Source: Chitinophagales bacterium (lineage in GTDB: Bacteria > Bacteroidota > Bacteroidia > Chitinophagales > Saprospiraceae). Taken from it: DNA of 64,000 bases. Every line of letters begins with the position of its first letter. Within the stretch, counting starts at the first letter, position 1. The notes beneath the pieces are model-generated. The model made no database searches. It was not told the origin of the DNA and saw nothing but the letters and a program-made list of their open reading frames with translations. Location: the NCBI GenBank assembly GCA_038327555.1, contig JBBQLD010000001.1:5786-69785 (forward strand), written 5' to 3'. The position numbers and the translations under genes were made by a program. Of this stretch, positions 1 through 9,364 are shown one piece after another.

Positions 1-1081
1 GCCAATACTGCTTTTCTGCTTCCCCAATTATTCTAGACATATATTGGATGACCAATTTTGGATATTTTCCTACGGAGGTCTCGCCGCTAAGCATTACTGC
101 ATCGGCGCCATCCAGCACGGCGTTGGCTACATCCGTCACTTCGGCCCGAGTCGGGGAAGGGTTTTGTATCATACTATCCATCATTTGCGTAGCTACGATA
201 ACCGGTCTGGCATATTGCATACACATGTGGATAATGTCTTTTTGCGTCATTGGCAGTTGTTCAATCGGCATTTCTACCCCTAAATCTCCACGAGCTACCA
301 TGATTCCATTACTGGCCCGGATTATTTCGCGCAGGTTTTTGACCGCTTCAGGCTTCTCAATTTTAGCCATGACCTTGGCCTGATGATTTGCTTTTTCTAG
401 GGCTTCTTTTACCGGATCAAGGTCTGCAGCCCGGCGCACAAAAGAGAGTGCAATCCAGTTGACATCTTGTGTAATAATGAAATCAAGGTCTTCCTTATCT
501 TTTTTAGTAAGGGCTGGAAGTTTTACGTTTGTGTCAGGCAGATTTACGCCTTTGTTGCTGCTGAGGATACCTGCATGAAGTGCTTTTAGGCGAACAGTAT
601 CTTTTTTGTTGGTTTCAGCCACTTCAAAAATCAATTTGCCATCGTCCATCATAATGCGCTCGCCCACTTCACAGTCTTCGGCAAATTGGTCGTAAGACAT
701 GTAAATATTATCCTTTGTACCCTCCGCCTTCTCGTCATTTGTAATGGTAATGATATCACCCTCGGCCAGGTGAAGCGCATTGTCTTTGATTTTGCCAACC
801 CTAAGCTTGGGGCCTTGCAAATCAGCAAGAATGCCAATGTGGAGCTTATACTTTTCATTGATAGCATGAATGCGCTGAATAACCTGTAGATGGTCTTGGT
901 GAGAACCATGGCTAAAGTTGAGGCGGAAAACATCTACACCTGCTTGAATAAGTTCTAGGAGCATCTCCGGAGAGCTACATGCAGGCCCTACTGTGGCGAC
1001 GATTTTGGTAAATTGTGAACCATCTTTGCGTATGGGTGATTTGTTTTTTTCAAGCAATGCTGCCGCTTCCGAGAGTGTCAT
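1..1081 (-). CDS. pyk: pyruvate kinase, N-terminal part (C-terminus lies beyond the window edge)
   Basis: Absent from the ORF track because it runs off the window. Manual reverse-strand translation from ATG (complement 1079-1081) gives MTLSEAAALLEKNKSPIRKDGSQFTKIVATVGPACSSPEMLLELIQAGVDVFRLNFSHGSHQDH...ADLQGPKLRVG...MVARGDLGVEMP...VIVATQMMDSM, which are typical pyruvate kinase motifs. Confidence 0.9.
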   Translation of the reverse strand, partial: MTLSEAAALLEKNKSPIRKDGSQFTKIVATVGPACSSPEMLLELIQAGVDVFRLNFSHGSHQDHLQVIQRIHAINEKYKLHIGILADLQGPKLRVGKIKDNALHLAEGDIITITNDEKAEGTKDNIYMSYDQFAEDCEVGERIMMDDGKLIFEVAETNKKDTVRLKALHAGILSSNKGVNLPDTNVKLPALTKKDKEDLDFIITQDVNWIALSFVRRAADLDPVKEALEKANHQAKVMAKIEKPEAVKNLREIIRASNGIMVARGDLGVEMPIEQLPMTQKDIIHMCMQYARPVIVATQMMDSMIQNPSPTRAEVTDVANAVLDGADAVMLSGETSVGKYPKLVIQYMSRIIGEAEKQYW

Positions 1082-1395
1082 TCTTTTTTTAAATTTTGAG
1101 TGTAAAACTTACAATAAGTCTTTTGGCGCAAAAATAGCAATAGCCGGCAAGCTTACCAACCGAATGGCGCTTCATTTCTGTCCATAAAAATCAGAAACAA
1201 CAGAAAAGATTTAAGCTGCTTCCTCTTTTTAACCTGCTTGAAAAGCAGCTAAGTGTTTGATTTACAAAAAGGGGGGATATTATTTATTTGCTGGTCGATA
1301 AAAAAATAAGGTCAAAAGGTTTGATAAACCTGCCAGTTGGCGTTTCTTTGCCCCCTGAAAAATTGAATTTTTTTCACCAACAAGTTTTGAAAATC

Positions 1396-1635
1396 ATGGC
1401 AAACGTAGCCGACCGCGTAAAAAAAATTATCATTGACAAATTGGGCGTTGACGAATCTGAAGTGACCCTCGAGGCAAGCTTCATCAACGACCTCGGCGCC
1501 GACTCGCTCGATACCGTAGAACTGATCATGGAATTTGAAAAAGAATTCGATGTGTCTATTCCCGACGAGCAAGCAGAAGGCATCCAAACTGTAGGTCAAG
1601 CGATCTCTTATTTGGAGCAGAACGTCAGTGCTTGA
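1396..1635 (+). CDS. acpP: acyl carrier protein
   Basis: Internal ATG at 1396 of ORF 1288..1635 gives a 79-aa protein, [23 protein letters not shown]...[19 protein letters not shown], with the DSLD phosphopantetheine attachment motif. The upstream TTG extension is not ACP-like. Confidence 0.95.
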   Translation: MANVADRVKKIIIDKLGVDESEVTLEASFINDLGADSLDTVELIMEFEKEFDVSIPDEQAEGIQTVGQAISYLEQNVSA

Positions 1636-1680
1636 TTTTTAAAGGGTTGGCCCTATTTTGAGTCCACTCCTTTTTGCAAA

Positions 1681-1720
1681 AAGCGGTTCAAAGCAGTCTT
1701 GCTTTGAACCGCTTTTGTTT
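1681..1720 (+). terminator. rho-independent terminator after acpP
   Basis: Stem aagcggttcaaagca / tgctttgaaccgctt with a short loop, followed by a T-rich tail (ttgttt). Confidence 0.7.
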
Positions 1721-1741
1721 AAGAAACAGTTTCTAAGCACA

Positions 1742-2551
1742 TCAGACGTATTCAAGTTCTTCCAATTCCTCCAGCGCGCCCTCCAAAAAGGCAGGTATCA
1801 GGGTTTCGAAGGTGCGTTGAATTTTGCCATGGTTCGCCAAATCTCGGATCATTCTATCATACCGTGAGGCGCCATGCTCCTCCACAATTGATTTTTTTCG
1901 TTCTTCTTCCAAGAAATATTGTAGTAAGCCTCCCGGGTCTGCCTCTGGATGAAATTGTGTTCCAATCATCTCCCGACTAAACCTTACAGCCATGATCGCT
2001 CGTTCATAATGAACATGTGGACGCAGTTTTTCGAGACATAAAATCTTGGCACCGAGTTCCTTGAATCTTTTGTGCTTTGGGTTCACCACCTGATAGCGCC
2101 GAAAATCGGCGATATAAAACGGGTCGGGCAGGTCTTCAAAATATGGTTCTGCTTTCCCTTCATGCGTTTTATAAACAGGGTAAGTGCCAAATGACATTTT
2201 ATATCGTTGGGTCACTTCGCCAAGGCCAAAATGATGACACGCCATTTGAAAAGAATGACAGATAAAAAAACAATGTTTTTTTGCCTCGGAAGTTTGCTGA
2301 TTGTGCTGCCAGAGATCCTCAATTAGTTTAAAAAAGGGAGCTTGCCAATTTCCACCACTTTCAAGTGGATCTCCCGGGCCGCCAGAAAAAAGGTAAATGT
2401 CGTAGGAAAGATCAGGAATTTCGCACTTGGCGCGTACATCGAAATGGTCAAAATCCATTACTTCGTCGTATCGGCTCAAAATACTTTTCAGCATCGGGAT
2501 GCCGCGATTTTGTTCGCCGTTGTAAAGATCCAAAAGAGCAGCACGGAGCAT
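1742..2551 (-). CDS. class I glutamine amidotransferase-like protein
   Basis: 269-aa ORF with a nucleophile-elbow-like FFICHSFQ and a downstream QFHPE motif (Cys/His/Glu arrangement of GATase1). Confidence 0.65.
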   Translation of the reverse strand: MLRAALLDLYNGEQNRGIPMLKSILSRYDEVMDFDHFDVRAKCEIPDLSYDIYLFSGGPGDPLESGGNWQAPFFKLIEDLWQHNQQTSEAKKHCFFICHSFQMACHHFGLGEVTQRYKMSFGTYPVYKTHEGKAEPYFEDLPDPFYIADFRRYQVVNPKHKRFKELGAKILCLEKLRPHVHYERAIMAVRFSREMIGTQFHPEADPGGLLQYFLEEERKKSIVEEHGASRYDRMIRDLANHGKIQRTFETLIPAFLEGALEELEELEYV

Positions 2552-2679
2552 TTTTTTACGGGTAATAATTGATGAACAATAAAAGGTGGTCTTTGTCTTT
2601 GGGAAGTAGTTTTAGGCCAAAAGCCTTTATTCCAACCGCGTTCCTAATTTTGCGAAATTATCAACCAACAAATAAAAAA

Positions 2680-3018
2680 ATGTCAATTGTAAAAGAATTC
2701 AACGACTACCGTGCCCGCATGAATGAGCGTATTTTGGCACAGGACAACAAAGTAATCAAACGCTTTTGGAGTCTCGACAACCAAACCTATCAAGAAGGAG
2801 CACTTGATGTAAGAACAAAAGAACTTCTTGGCCTTGTGGCTTCAATGGTGTTACGTTGCGACGACTGTATCAAATATCACTTAGGCAAATGCCACGAACT
2901 GGAGGTAACTACTGAACAGATTTTTGAGGTTTTCGCGGTCGCTAATTTAGTCGGTGGTTCTATTTGCGTTCCACACACTCGGCGCGCGGTAGAATATTGG
3001 GAGGAATTAAATAAGTAA
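2680..3018 (+). CDS. carboxymuconolactone decarboxylase / AhpD-like family protein
   Basis: ATG at 2680 inside ORF 2569..3018. About 112 aa with the CDDC (CxxC) motif in LRCDDCIKYHL, typical of the AhpD-like fold. Confidence 0.7.
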   Translation: MSIVKEFNDYRARMNERILAQDNKVIKRFWSLDNQTYQEGALDVRTKELLGLVASMVLRCDDCIKYHLGKCHELEVTTEQIFEVFAVANLVGGSICVPHTRRAVEYWEELNK

Positions 3019-3078
3019 CAAGTTTCAAGTTCGTAAGTTTCAAATGTTGATCGGGGTTTTGAACCTTGTAACTTGCTA

Positions 3079-3816
3079 CTAATCAACTACAATAACTTTC
3101 TTCAGCAGCCGAAGGCCCACAGAAAGTTCTACTGTTGTGTTGCGGATACGCCTTTCCGGTATATTGTATATTGCCCCTTGATTGCAAATATCGATCACAT
3201 TGGGGATTGCGTTTTGTCTATATTGAGGTGTCACGTCTGGGTTAATGGACAGCTGGATTTGCCCCCCAACGAGTTCACTTAAATCAAATTCAATGCCACC
3301 TCCAGCAGAGAACCCGGCCATCCAGCGTTGAACTCCTCCCATAAGCGGATAAAACCCAGGGTTACAGGTATTTGAACCGCCGCCGAGGTTATCAATATTG
3401 GTGCTAAAAGTGTAGTCGCCACGAAGTCCGCCAAAGTAAAAATAACGGACTCGGCCACTGTTACTTTCTTTAAACCGTTGCTTGGCGCCGAGTGAAAAAG
3501 AAAAATTATTGAACTTAAACCGTTCCGTGAAAGTACCGCCCGGAGCCCCGGAATTAATATTGAAGAACCGATACCGTGTGGCACTTCCTTTTACATGATA
3601 GCCAAGTTGCATGTAGAAAGATCCCCGGCTGTCTTCATTATTAATGCCTTCCATGCTGAGCGCAGCATGATATTGAAACAATGGTTCACGCCCGGAAGCG
3701 TTATCCCATTTTTGAAGCCCAGCCGTGGGACCGAAATGAATGACATAAGCCGTGCTTTGAGCAGCAATTAGTCCAAAAAAGGCAAGGTTGAACAAAAGAG
3801 ATAGTACAATTCGCAT
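3079..3816 (-). CDS. outer-membrane beta-barrel protein (PorT/OMP_b-brl-like)
   Basis: 245 aa. Has an N-terminal signal peptide (MRIVLSLLFNLAFFGLIAAQS), alternating aromatic/Gly-rich beta-strand pattern, and a C-terminal hydrophobic strand. Confidence 0.55.
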   Translation of the reverse strand: MRIVLSLLFNLAFFGLIAAQSTAYVIHFGPTAGLQKWDNASGREPLFQYHAALSMEGINNEDSRGSFYMQLGYHVKGSATRYRFFNINSGAPGGTFTERFKFNNFSFSLGAKQRFKESNSGRVRYFYFGGLRGDYTFSTNIDNLGGGSNTCNPGFYPLMGGVQRWMAGFSAGGGIEFDLSELVGGQIQLSINPDVTPQYRQNAIPNVIDICNQGAIYNIPERRIRNTTVELSVGLRLLKKVIVVD

Positions 3817-3955
3817 AATTTTGCTGTTTTTGTGGCGAAAATAAAGATTTGATTTGATTTCAACCTAGAATGCTTTGTAAATAAAGCATAAATCGACCCG
3901 GTTTCCTGTATTTTTGCCCTGAAAGCCGCCCCCAATTCTCCAAACCCACGCTATC

Positions 3956-5680
3956 ATGAATAGAACATTCTTACCTGCTCCTGTCGTTAATTTTAATGAC
4001 TTCCCGTACGTACGCCCTGACATAACAGCGCTTTCTCAAATCTTCGAAAAACATCTCTCCCAATTTATAGCCGCATCTGATTCGGCCAAACAACAGGCGG
4101 CACTAACTGATATTGTAACGGTTCGCGAGGAGTTCGGTTCGATGTTCAATTTGTGCTATATTCGGCATACTTCTAACACATCAGACCCTTTCTACGAGGC
4201 TGAAAACCAATATTTTGACGAGCAATCCCCCAGCTTTGAGGCTTTAAACAATCGCTTTTACCAAGCCCTGCTTGCCTCTCCATTTCGTGCGATTTTGGCT
4301 GAAAAATTGGGAAACCAGCTTTTCACCTTAGCAGAGGTTTCACTCAAAACATTCCAACCAAGTATCCTCGAAGATCTAAAACTAGAAAATGCCCTAAGCA
4401 CGGAGTACACTAAAATAAAAGCCCGGGCAAAGGTTGATTTTGAGGGTACTTCTTACAACCTCAGCAGCCTACTGCCCATTGAACTTTCCGATAATCGTTT
4501 GACCAGAAAAAAAGCCACCACCGCAAAATGGAATTTCTATGCAGAAAATGCTGATGCCGTAGAAAACATATTTGATCAGATGGTGAAGTTACGGCATGGA
4601 ATGGCCCAGAAACTCGGTTTTCGCACCTTCACTGAAGTAGGTTATGCCAGAATGCACCGCTCAGACTATTCACCCGAAATGGTGGCAAATTTCCGGCGGC
4701 AAGTTCGTGAGCATATTGTCCCCATGGCTACCACCCTTTACGAGCGCCAACACAAAAGACTAGGGATTAAAGACCTAAAAATCTATGATGAAGAATACAA
4801 ATTTGCCAGTGGAAACCCCAAGCCCATTGGAACTCCTGAGCAAATTGTGGCGAACGCGGCCAAAATGTACCACGAACTAAGCCCAGATACGGATGCTTTT
4901 TTTACCCAAATGCAGGCCGCCAATCTTATGGATTTGGTAAACCGTGATGGAAAAGCTACTGGCGGATATTGTACCTACATCAGCAAATTTGCCGCACCTT
5001 ACATTTTCTCCAATTTCAATGGCACGAGTGGGGATATTGATGTGCTTACCCATGAAGCAGGCCATGCATTCCAGGTTTGGAACAGTCGCGACTTTCCATT
5101 TGAAGAATACCATTGGCCTACGGCAGATGCCGCCGAAATACACTCCATGAGTATGGAGTTTTTCACTTGGCCATGGATGCGCCTATTTTTCGGGGATCAG
5201 ACTGACAAGTATCATTTCATGCACCTAGCTGGTGCAATACAGTTTTTACCTTACGGTGTTGCTGTGGATGAATTTCAGCACATTGTGTACGAAAATCCGC
5301 ACATGACCCCTGCCGAGCGTGATGCCGTTTGGCTGGATCTTGAAGCAACCTACCTGCCCCATCGGGATTACGATGGAATTGAGCACCTGGAAAAAGGGCG
5401 TTTCTGGCACAAACAAAGCCATATTTTCAACTCCCCATTCTATTACATAGATTATGCCTTGGCTCAAATTTGTGCTTTCCAGTTTTGGGTAAAAGACCGT
5501 CATGATCACAACACCGCATGGGCAGATTATCTTCGATTGTGCCAGGCAGGCGGAAGTCAGTCGTTTCTTAATCTACTAAAGCTTGCCAACCTGAAATCGC
5601 CCTTTGAAGACGGCTGTGTCCAATCTGTAGTGGGAGAAATTCAGGATTTTTTGAACCACGTAGACGATTCAAAGTTTTGA
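3956..5680 (+). CDS. M3 family oligoendopeptidase (PepF-like)
   Basis: 574 aa. Has the zinc motif HEAGHAFQ (HExxH) followed by EIHSMSME, and the size and layout of M3B oligoendopeptidases. Confidence 0.8.
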   Translation: MNRTFLPAPVVNFNDFPYVRPDITALSQIFEKHLSQFIAASDSAKQQAALTDIVTVREEFGSMFNLCYIRHTSNTSDPFYEAENQYFDEQSPSFEALNNRFYQALLASPFRAILAEKLGNQLFTLAEVSLKTFQPSILEDLKLENALSTEYTKIKARAKVDFEGTSYNLSSLLPIELSDNRLTRKKATTAKWNFYAENADAVENIFDQMVKLRHGMAQKLGFRTFTEVGYARMHRSDYSPEMVANFRRQVREHIVPMATTLYERQHKRLGIKDLKIYDEEYKFASGNPKPIGTPEQIVANAAKMYHELSPDTDAFFTQMQAANLMDLVNRDGKATGGYCTYISKFAAPYIFSNFNGTSGDIDVLTHEAGHAFQVWNSRDFPFEEYHWPTADAAEIHSMSMEFFTWPWMRLFFGDQTDKYHFMHLAGAIQFLPYGVAVDEFQHIVYENPHMTPAERDAVWLDLEATYLPHRDYDGIEHLEKGRFWHKQSHIFNSPFYYIDYALAQICAFQFWVKDRHDHNTAWADYLRLCQAGGSQSFLNLLKLANLKSPFEDGCVQSVVGEIQDFLNHVDDSKF

Positions 5681-5717
5681 CTTGGAAACGTGTGAATAAT
5701 TACTTATTTTCAAACAA

Positions 5718-6374
5718 ATGCGCTACACAATATTAGTATTTACATTCCTTTTGGCCACTGCTTTTAGCGTTGTTACAACTCCGCCTACCCTCAAGCTTGC
5801 CTTGCTCAAATACAGCGGTGGCGGCGATTGGTACAACGATGTCAATTCCTTAAAAAATCTCGCTAAATTTTGCAACGAAAACCTCCGAACCAACTTTGAT
5901 GCCACAGATTACGCAACCGTAGAGCCCGGTAGTGCCGAGGTGTTCAACTACCCAATCGTGTATGCTACCGGACATGGAAATATGCTTTTTAGCGACCTTG
6001 AAGCGCGCAATATGCGGGCCTACCTTGAAGGCGGTGGTTTTCTAATTTTGAACGATGACTTTGGGCTTGATCCCTTTGTGCGTCCCGCCATGAAAAAAAT
6101 TTTCCCAGAACTTGACTTCGTGGAGCTTCCCTTTAGCCACCCGATTTATCATCAGAAATACGATTTTAATAACGGGCTTCCAAAGATTCACGAGCATGAT
6201 GGCAAGCCAGCACAGGGCTTTGGACTGCTTTACCAGGGGCGTCTGGTCTGCTACTACAACTTTGAAACCGACCTCGGTGATGGCTGGGATGATATACACA
6301 ATGACCCAAAAGAATTGCGCACAAAAGCCCTGCAAATGGGTGCTAATATTGTTCAGTATGTTTTTGGGCAGTAG
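5718..6374 (+). CDS. DUF4159-like secreted protein
   Basis: 218 aa with a signal peptide. KYSGGGDWYND and GGFLILNDDFG motifs as remembered for DUF4159 (aerotolerance-associated family). Confidence 0.55.
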   Translation: MRYTILVFTFLLATAFSVVTTPPTLKLALLKYSGGGDWYNDVNSLKNLAKFCNENLRTNFDATDYATVEPGSAEVFNYPIVYATGHGNMLFSDLEARNMRAYLEGGGFLILNDDFGLDPFVRPAMKKIFPELDFVELPFSHPIYHQKYDFNNGLPKIHEHDGKPAQGFGLLYQGRLVCYYNFETDLGDGWDDIHNDPKELRTKALQMGANIVQYVFGQ

Positions 6375-6409
6375 CCCGTAATACTGTTCCGGCTTAGTCT
6401 AGCTGATAA

Positions 6410-7747
6410 ATGCAAAACCCAAATAGCGCTTACATTCAATTTTTGACCACATTGGCCACTCAAAATTCTTTCCGTCTCCTTCTCCTCGGCTCTGGTGGGA
6501 GAGAACACGCGTTTGCATGGAAATTAGCGCAAAGCAAACGCTGTGCTCAACTTTTTATCGCGCCAGGCAACGCTGGAACCTCTGCTTACGGGCAAAACGT
6601 ACCGATCAGCCCCTTGGATTTTCATGCTATTGAAAAATTTGTAGTGGAAAATCAGATTGAAATGGTCATCGTCGGCCCAGAAGAACCGCTTGTGCGTGGC
6701 ATTTGGGACTATTTTCAGGAGCGGGATCATTTGAAAAAAATCCCCATCATCGGTCCGTCAAAAGCAGGGGCTGTGCTGGAAGGTAGTAAAGCCTGGAGCA
6801 AGCAATTTATGTTTCGGCACAAGATCCCAACGGCTAGTTATCAAGAATTTACGCCAGAAACACTGGAGGCTGGCTTAGCCTATTTAAAAAGCCATGCACT
6901 TCCTATTGTCTTGAAAGCCGACGGTTTGGCTGCCGGGAAAGGCGTAATTATTTGCCAAAGCCAGCCAGAAGCAGATGCTGAAATGCGGGAAATGCTCGGT
7001 GGAAAGTTTGGCGCTGCTAGTGCCCGTGTAGTGGTAGAAGCCTTTTTGTCGGGTATTGAATTTAGCGTTTTTGTACTGACCGACGGTAAAACCTATAAAA
7101 TACTGCCAGAAGCAAAAGATTACAAACGCATCGGGGAGGGCGATACCGGGCCGAATACTGGAGGTATGGGCGCCGTAAGTCCTGTGCCTTTTGTGGATGA
7201 TTTGATGTGGCAAAAAGTAGAAGATCGTATTATTCGACCTACCGTAGAAGGATTGAAAAAAGAAATGATCCCGTACAATGGGTTCATTTTCTTTGGATTT
7301 ATTAGTGTGGGTGGTGAGCCATTCCTTATCGAATACAACTGCCGTATGGGCGACCCAGAAACGGAGGTGGTACTCCCTCGCCTCAAAAATGACCTCGTGA
7401 CTTTGTTCGACCATTGTGCTCGGGGCACTTTGGGTCGTGTCAAAATCAAATCGGACAAACGCACCGCTACCACTGTGTTCTTAGTCAGCGGCGGATACCC
7501 GGGCGATTATGAGAAAGGGAAAGTCGTCAATGGCCTGGATCAAGTAAAAGACGGCATCGCGTTTCATGCTGGCACTGCCCAAACCAAAGAAGGAGAGTGC
7601 GTTACTGCCGGAGGCCGAGTCATTGCGCTTACCAGTTTGGGGAAAGACATTCCAAGTGCTTTGCGCAAATCCAATCGAAATGCAAAAGTGATTCAATTTG
7701 AAGGAAAATATTTTCGTCGCGACATCGGTAAAGATTTGATGGACTGA
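6410..7747 (+). CDS. purD: phosphoribosylamine--glycine ligase
   Basis: 445 aa. LLLLGSGGREHAFAWKL, ATP-grasp core, GGMGAVSP and NCRMGDPETEV motifs. The roughly 20-aa N-terminal extension makes the start uncertain. Confidence 0.93.
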   Translation: MQNPNSAYIQFLTTLATQNSFRLLLLGSGGREHAFAWKLAQSKRCAQLFIAPGNAGTSAYGQNVPISPLDFHAIEKFVVENQIEMVIVGPEEPLVRGIWDYFQERDHLKKIPIIGPSKAGAVLEGSKAWSKQFMFRHKIPTASYQEFTPETLEAGLAYLKSHALPIVLKADGLAAGKGVIICQSQPEADAEMREMLGGKFGAASARVVVEAFLSGIEFSVFVLTDGKTYKILPEAKDYKRIGEGDTGPNTGGMGAVSPVPFVDDLMWQKVEDRIIRPTVEGLKKEMIPYNGFIFFGFISVGGEPFLIEYNCRMGDPETEVVLPRLKNDLVTLFDHCARGTLGRVKIKSDKRTATTVFLVSGGYPGDYEKGKVVNGLDQVKDGIAFHAGTAQTKEGECVTAGGRVIALTSLGKDIPSALRKSNRNAKVIQFEGKYFRRDIGKDLMD

Positions 7748-7855
7748 TGCTAATTCTACTTTTTTAGATTAACAGCAGCGCGGCAAAACGTCTTTAGAAT
7801 TAAGGAACGCGGTCTAAATAAAACAACAATTTACTTTTCAAAACATTGATTATCA

Positions 7856-8284
7856 ATGAAATTCACCCTCATTTCCCTGACTATTCTAGCTACCACCTTG
7901 ATTTATTTAGCCTGCAAACAGGCTAAGTTCGCTGCTGACAAACTCCCCGAAAAACAAATCCGCTGGGGCAATGGTGGTGGCTTTGTTGGAAAAGAAAAGT
8001 CGAACATCCTACTTGAAAACGGCCAGATTTTCAATCGCGACATCCTGGGGAACACCACGGAGACTGATAAAACTAAGGGCAAAAAAGCAAAAGCACTTTT
8101 TAAGACTATAAAAGCACTTGGCTTGACTCAAATGGAGTTCAATCACCCTGGTAATACCTATTCCTTTTTGGAATTTCAAGAAGGCGACATGGTGAGTAGG
8201 GTAGTTTGGGGAGACAAAAACGCGCCCGTTGGCAAACCTGTGGAGGAGTTATTCTCAGCATTGAATGCATTACTGAAAAAATAG
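7856..8284 (+). CDS. hypothetical lipoprotein
   Basis: 142-aa ORF with a signal peptide and lipobox-like LIYLAC. No recognisable domain. Confidence 0.5.
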   Translation: MKFTLISLTILATTLIYLACKQAKFAADKLPEKQIRWGNGGGFVGKEKSNILLENGQIFNRDILGNTTETDKTKGKKAKALFKTIKALGLTQMEFNHPGNTYSFLEFQEGDMVSRVVWGDKNAPVGKPVEELFSALNALLKK

Positions 8285-8307
8285 GATGTCTAACACGTTC
8301 TTAAAGC

Positions 8308-9183
8308 CTACTTTCTAGCCAAATATACGCCTACTAAAATTACCGCAGTACCCACAAAGTCAATCAGACCAATGGCCTCTCCGTCTAAAGCGCCAATGAC
8401 AATGGCACCTATTGGTAAAAGGTAGGTTACAGAGGTGGCAAATATGGCGCTCGTGCGCTGCAAAAGCCAGAAGTACAAAATGGAGCCGATTACTGTACCC
8501 ACTACTGACAGATACAAAATGTAGCCAAGGCCTTTTATGCCGTCTGGATGCTGCCAGGCTGTATCCCAACCACCAGATAGCCAAAGTCCTGCGACAAAAA
8601 AGGCTCCAGTGATTACGAAGGCCGCCGATGCAATGCCTGCAGGTGGAATGTCGCGCAAATGAGTGTTTACGGTATTCGCGTTGATCGCATAACAAATCGT
8701 GGCAAGCACACAAAGACTGGCAAAAAAGGCATTGCCCGACACTCCGCTACTGGCGTTAAAAAGTACAAGGATCACTGCCCCACCCAAACCAATCGCCACA
8801 CCCAGCACTTTTTCTCGAGAGAACTGCATGGAAAAAAATGCCGTGCCAATCATGAGTGTAAAGAGCGGCGTGAGCGAATTGAGTACGCCGGCGAGGCTAC
8901 TATTGACGTGCTGTTGCGCTACCGCGAAAAAGAAATTGGGGATGGCCGAGCCACAAAAGGCAACAATAACCAAAGGTTTCCAACGCCGCCAGTCAATCTT
9001 TGACCAATAGGCTGCTGCAATGGGTAAATAAACCGCTGTGGCAAACACCATGCGCCACATTGCCATTTGCATCGGACTAAAAATCACTACTGAGCGCTTG
9101 ATAAAAAAGAAAGATGCCCCCCAAATCGTAGCAAGGAAAATCATTAAAAACCAATCGAATGCGGAGGGTTGGCGAGAAGGCAT
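8308..9183 (-). CDS. EamA/DMT family transporter
   Basis: 291 aa, about 10 predicted TM helices in a two-fold repeat, typical drug/metabolite transporter composition. Confidence 0.8.
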   Translation of the reverse strand: MPSRQPSAFDWFLMIFLATIWGASFFFIKRSVVIFSPMQMAMWRMVFATAVYLPIAAAYWSKIDWRRWKPLVIVAFCGSAIPNFFFAVAQQHVNSSLAGVLNSLTPLFTLMIGTAFFSMQFSREKVLGVAIGLGGAVILVLFNASSGVSGNAFFASLCVLATICYAINANTVNTHLRDIPPAGIASAAFVITGAFFVAGLWLSGGWDTAWQHPDGIKGLGYILYLSVVGTVIGSILYFWLLQRTSAIFATSVTYLLPIGAIVIGALDGEAIGLIDFVGTAVILVGVYLARK

Positions 9184-9215
9184 AATTTCTTTAAATTGGG
9201 GATTTGGTTAATTAT

Positions 9216-9331
9216 GGATTTGGTTATTTGAGGTGCCTAAGCTTGGTATTTATGTTTGCTTAAGCGCAAAGTGCAGCATCTGGTTAATAACGTATAAATA
9301 CCAAGCTTAGGCACCTCAAATAACCAAATCC
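9216..9331. repeat. 38-bp perfect inverted repeat separated by a 40-nt loop
   Basis: Left arm 9216-9253 (ggatttggttatttgaggtgcctaagcttggtatttat) is the exact reverse complement of right arm 9294-9331. It is flanked by ggatttggtta-type short repeats. Confidence 0.9.
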
Positions 9332-9364
9332 CCAATTAACCAAATAACCAATCCCACAGGCTTG

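Noticed and set aside
44-933. ORFs 44..283, 48..383, 649..933 and 686..889.
   Set aside because: All overlap the pyruvate kinase reading frame (minus strand, runs off the window) in other frames or antisense. None has protein motifs.
1288-1395. TTG-initiated 36-aa extension of acpP, and absence of fabF downstream.
   Set aside because: The extension is not ACP-like, and ATG 1396 gives a canonical 79-aa ACP. acpP has its own terminator, and a stand-alone acpP is unremarkable.
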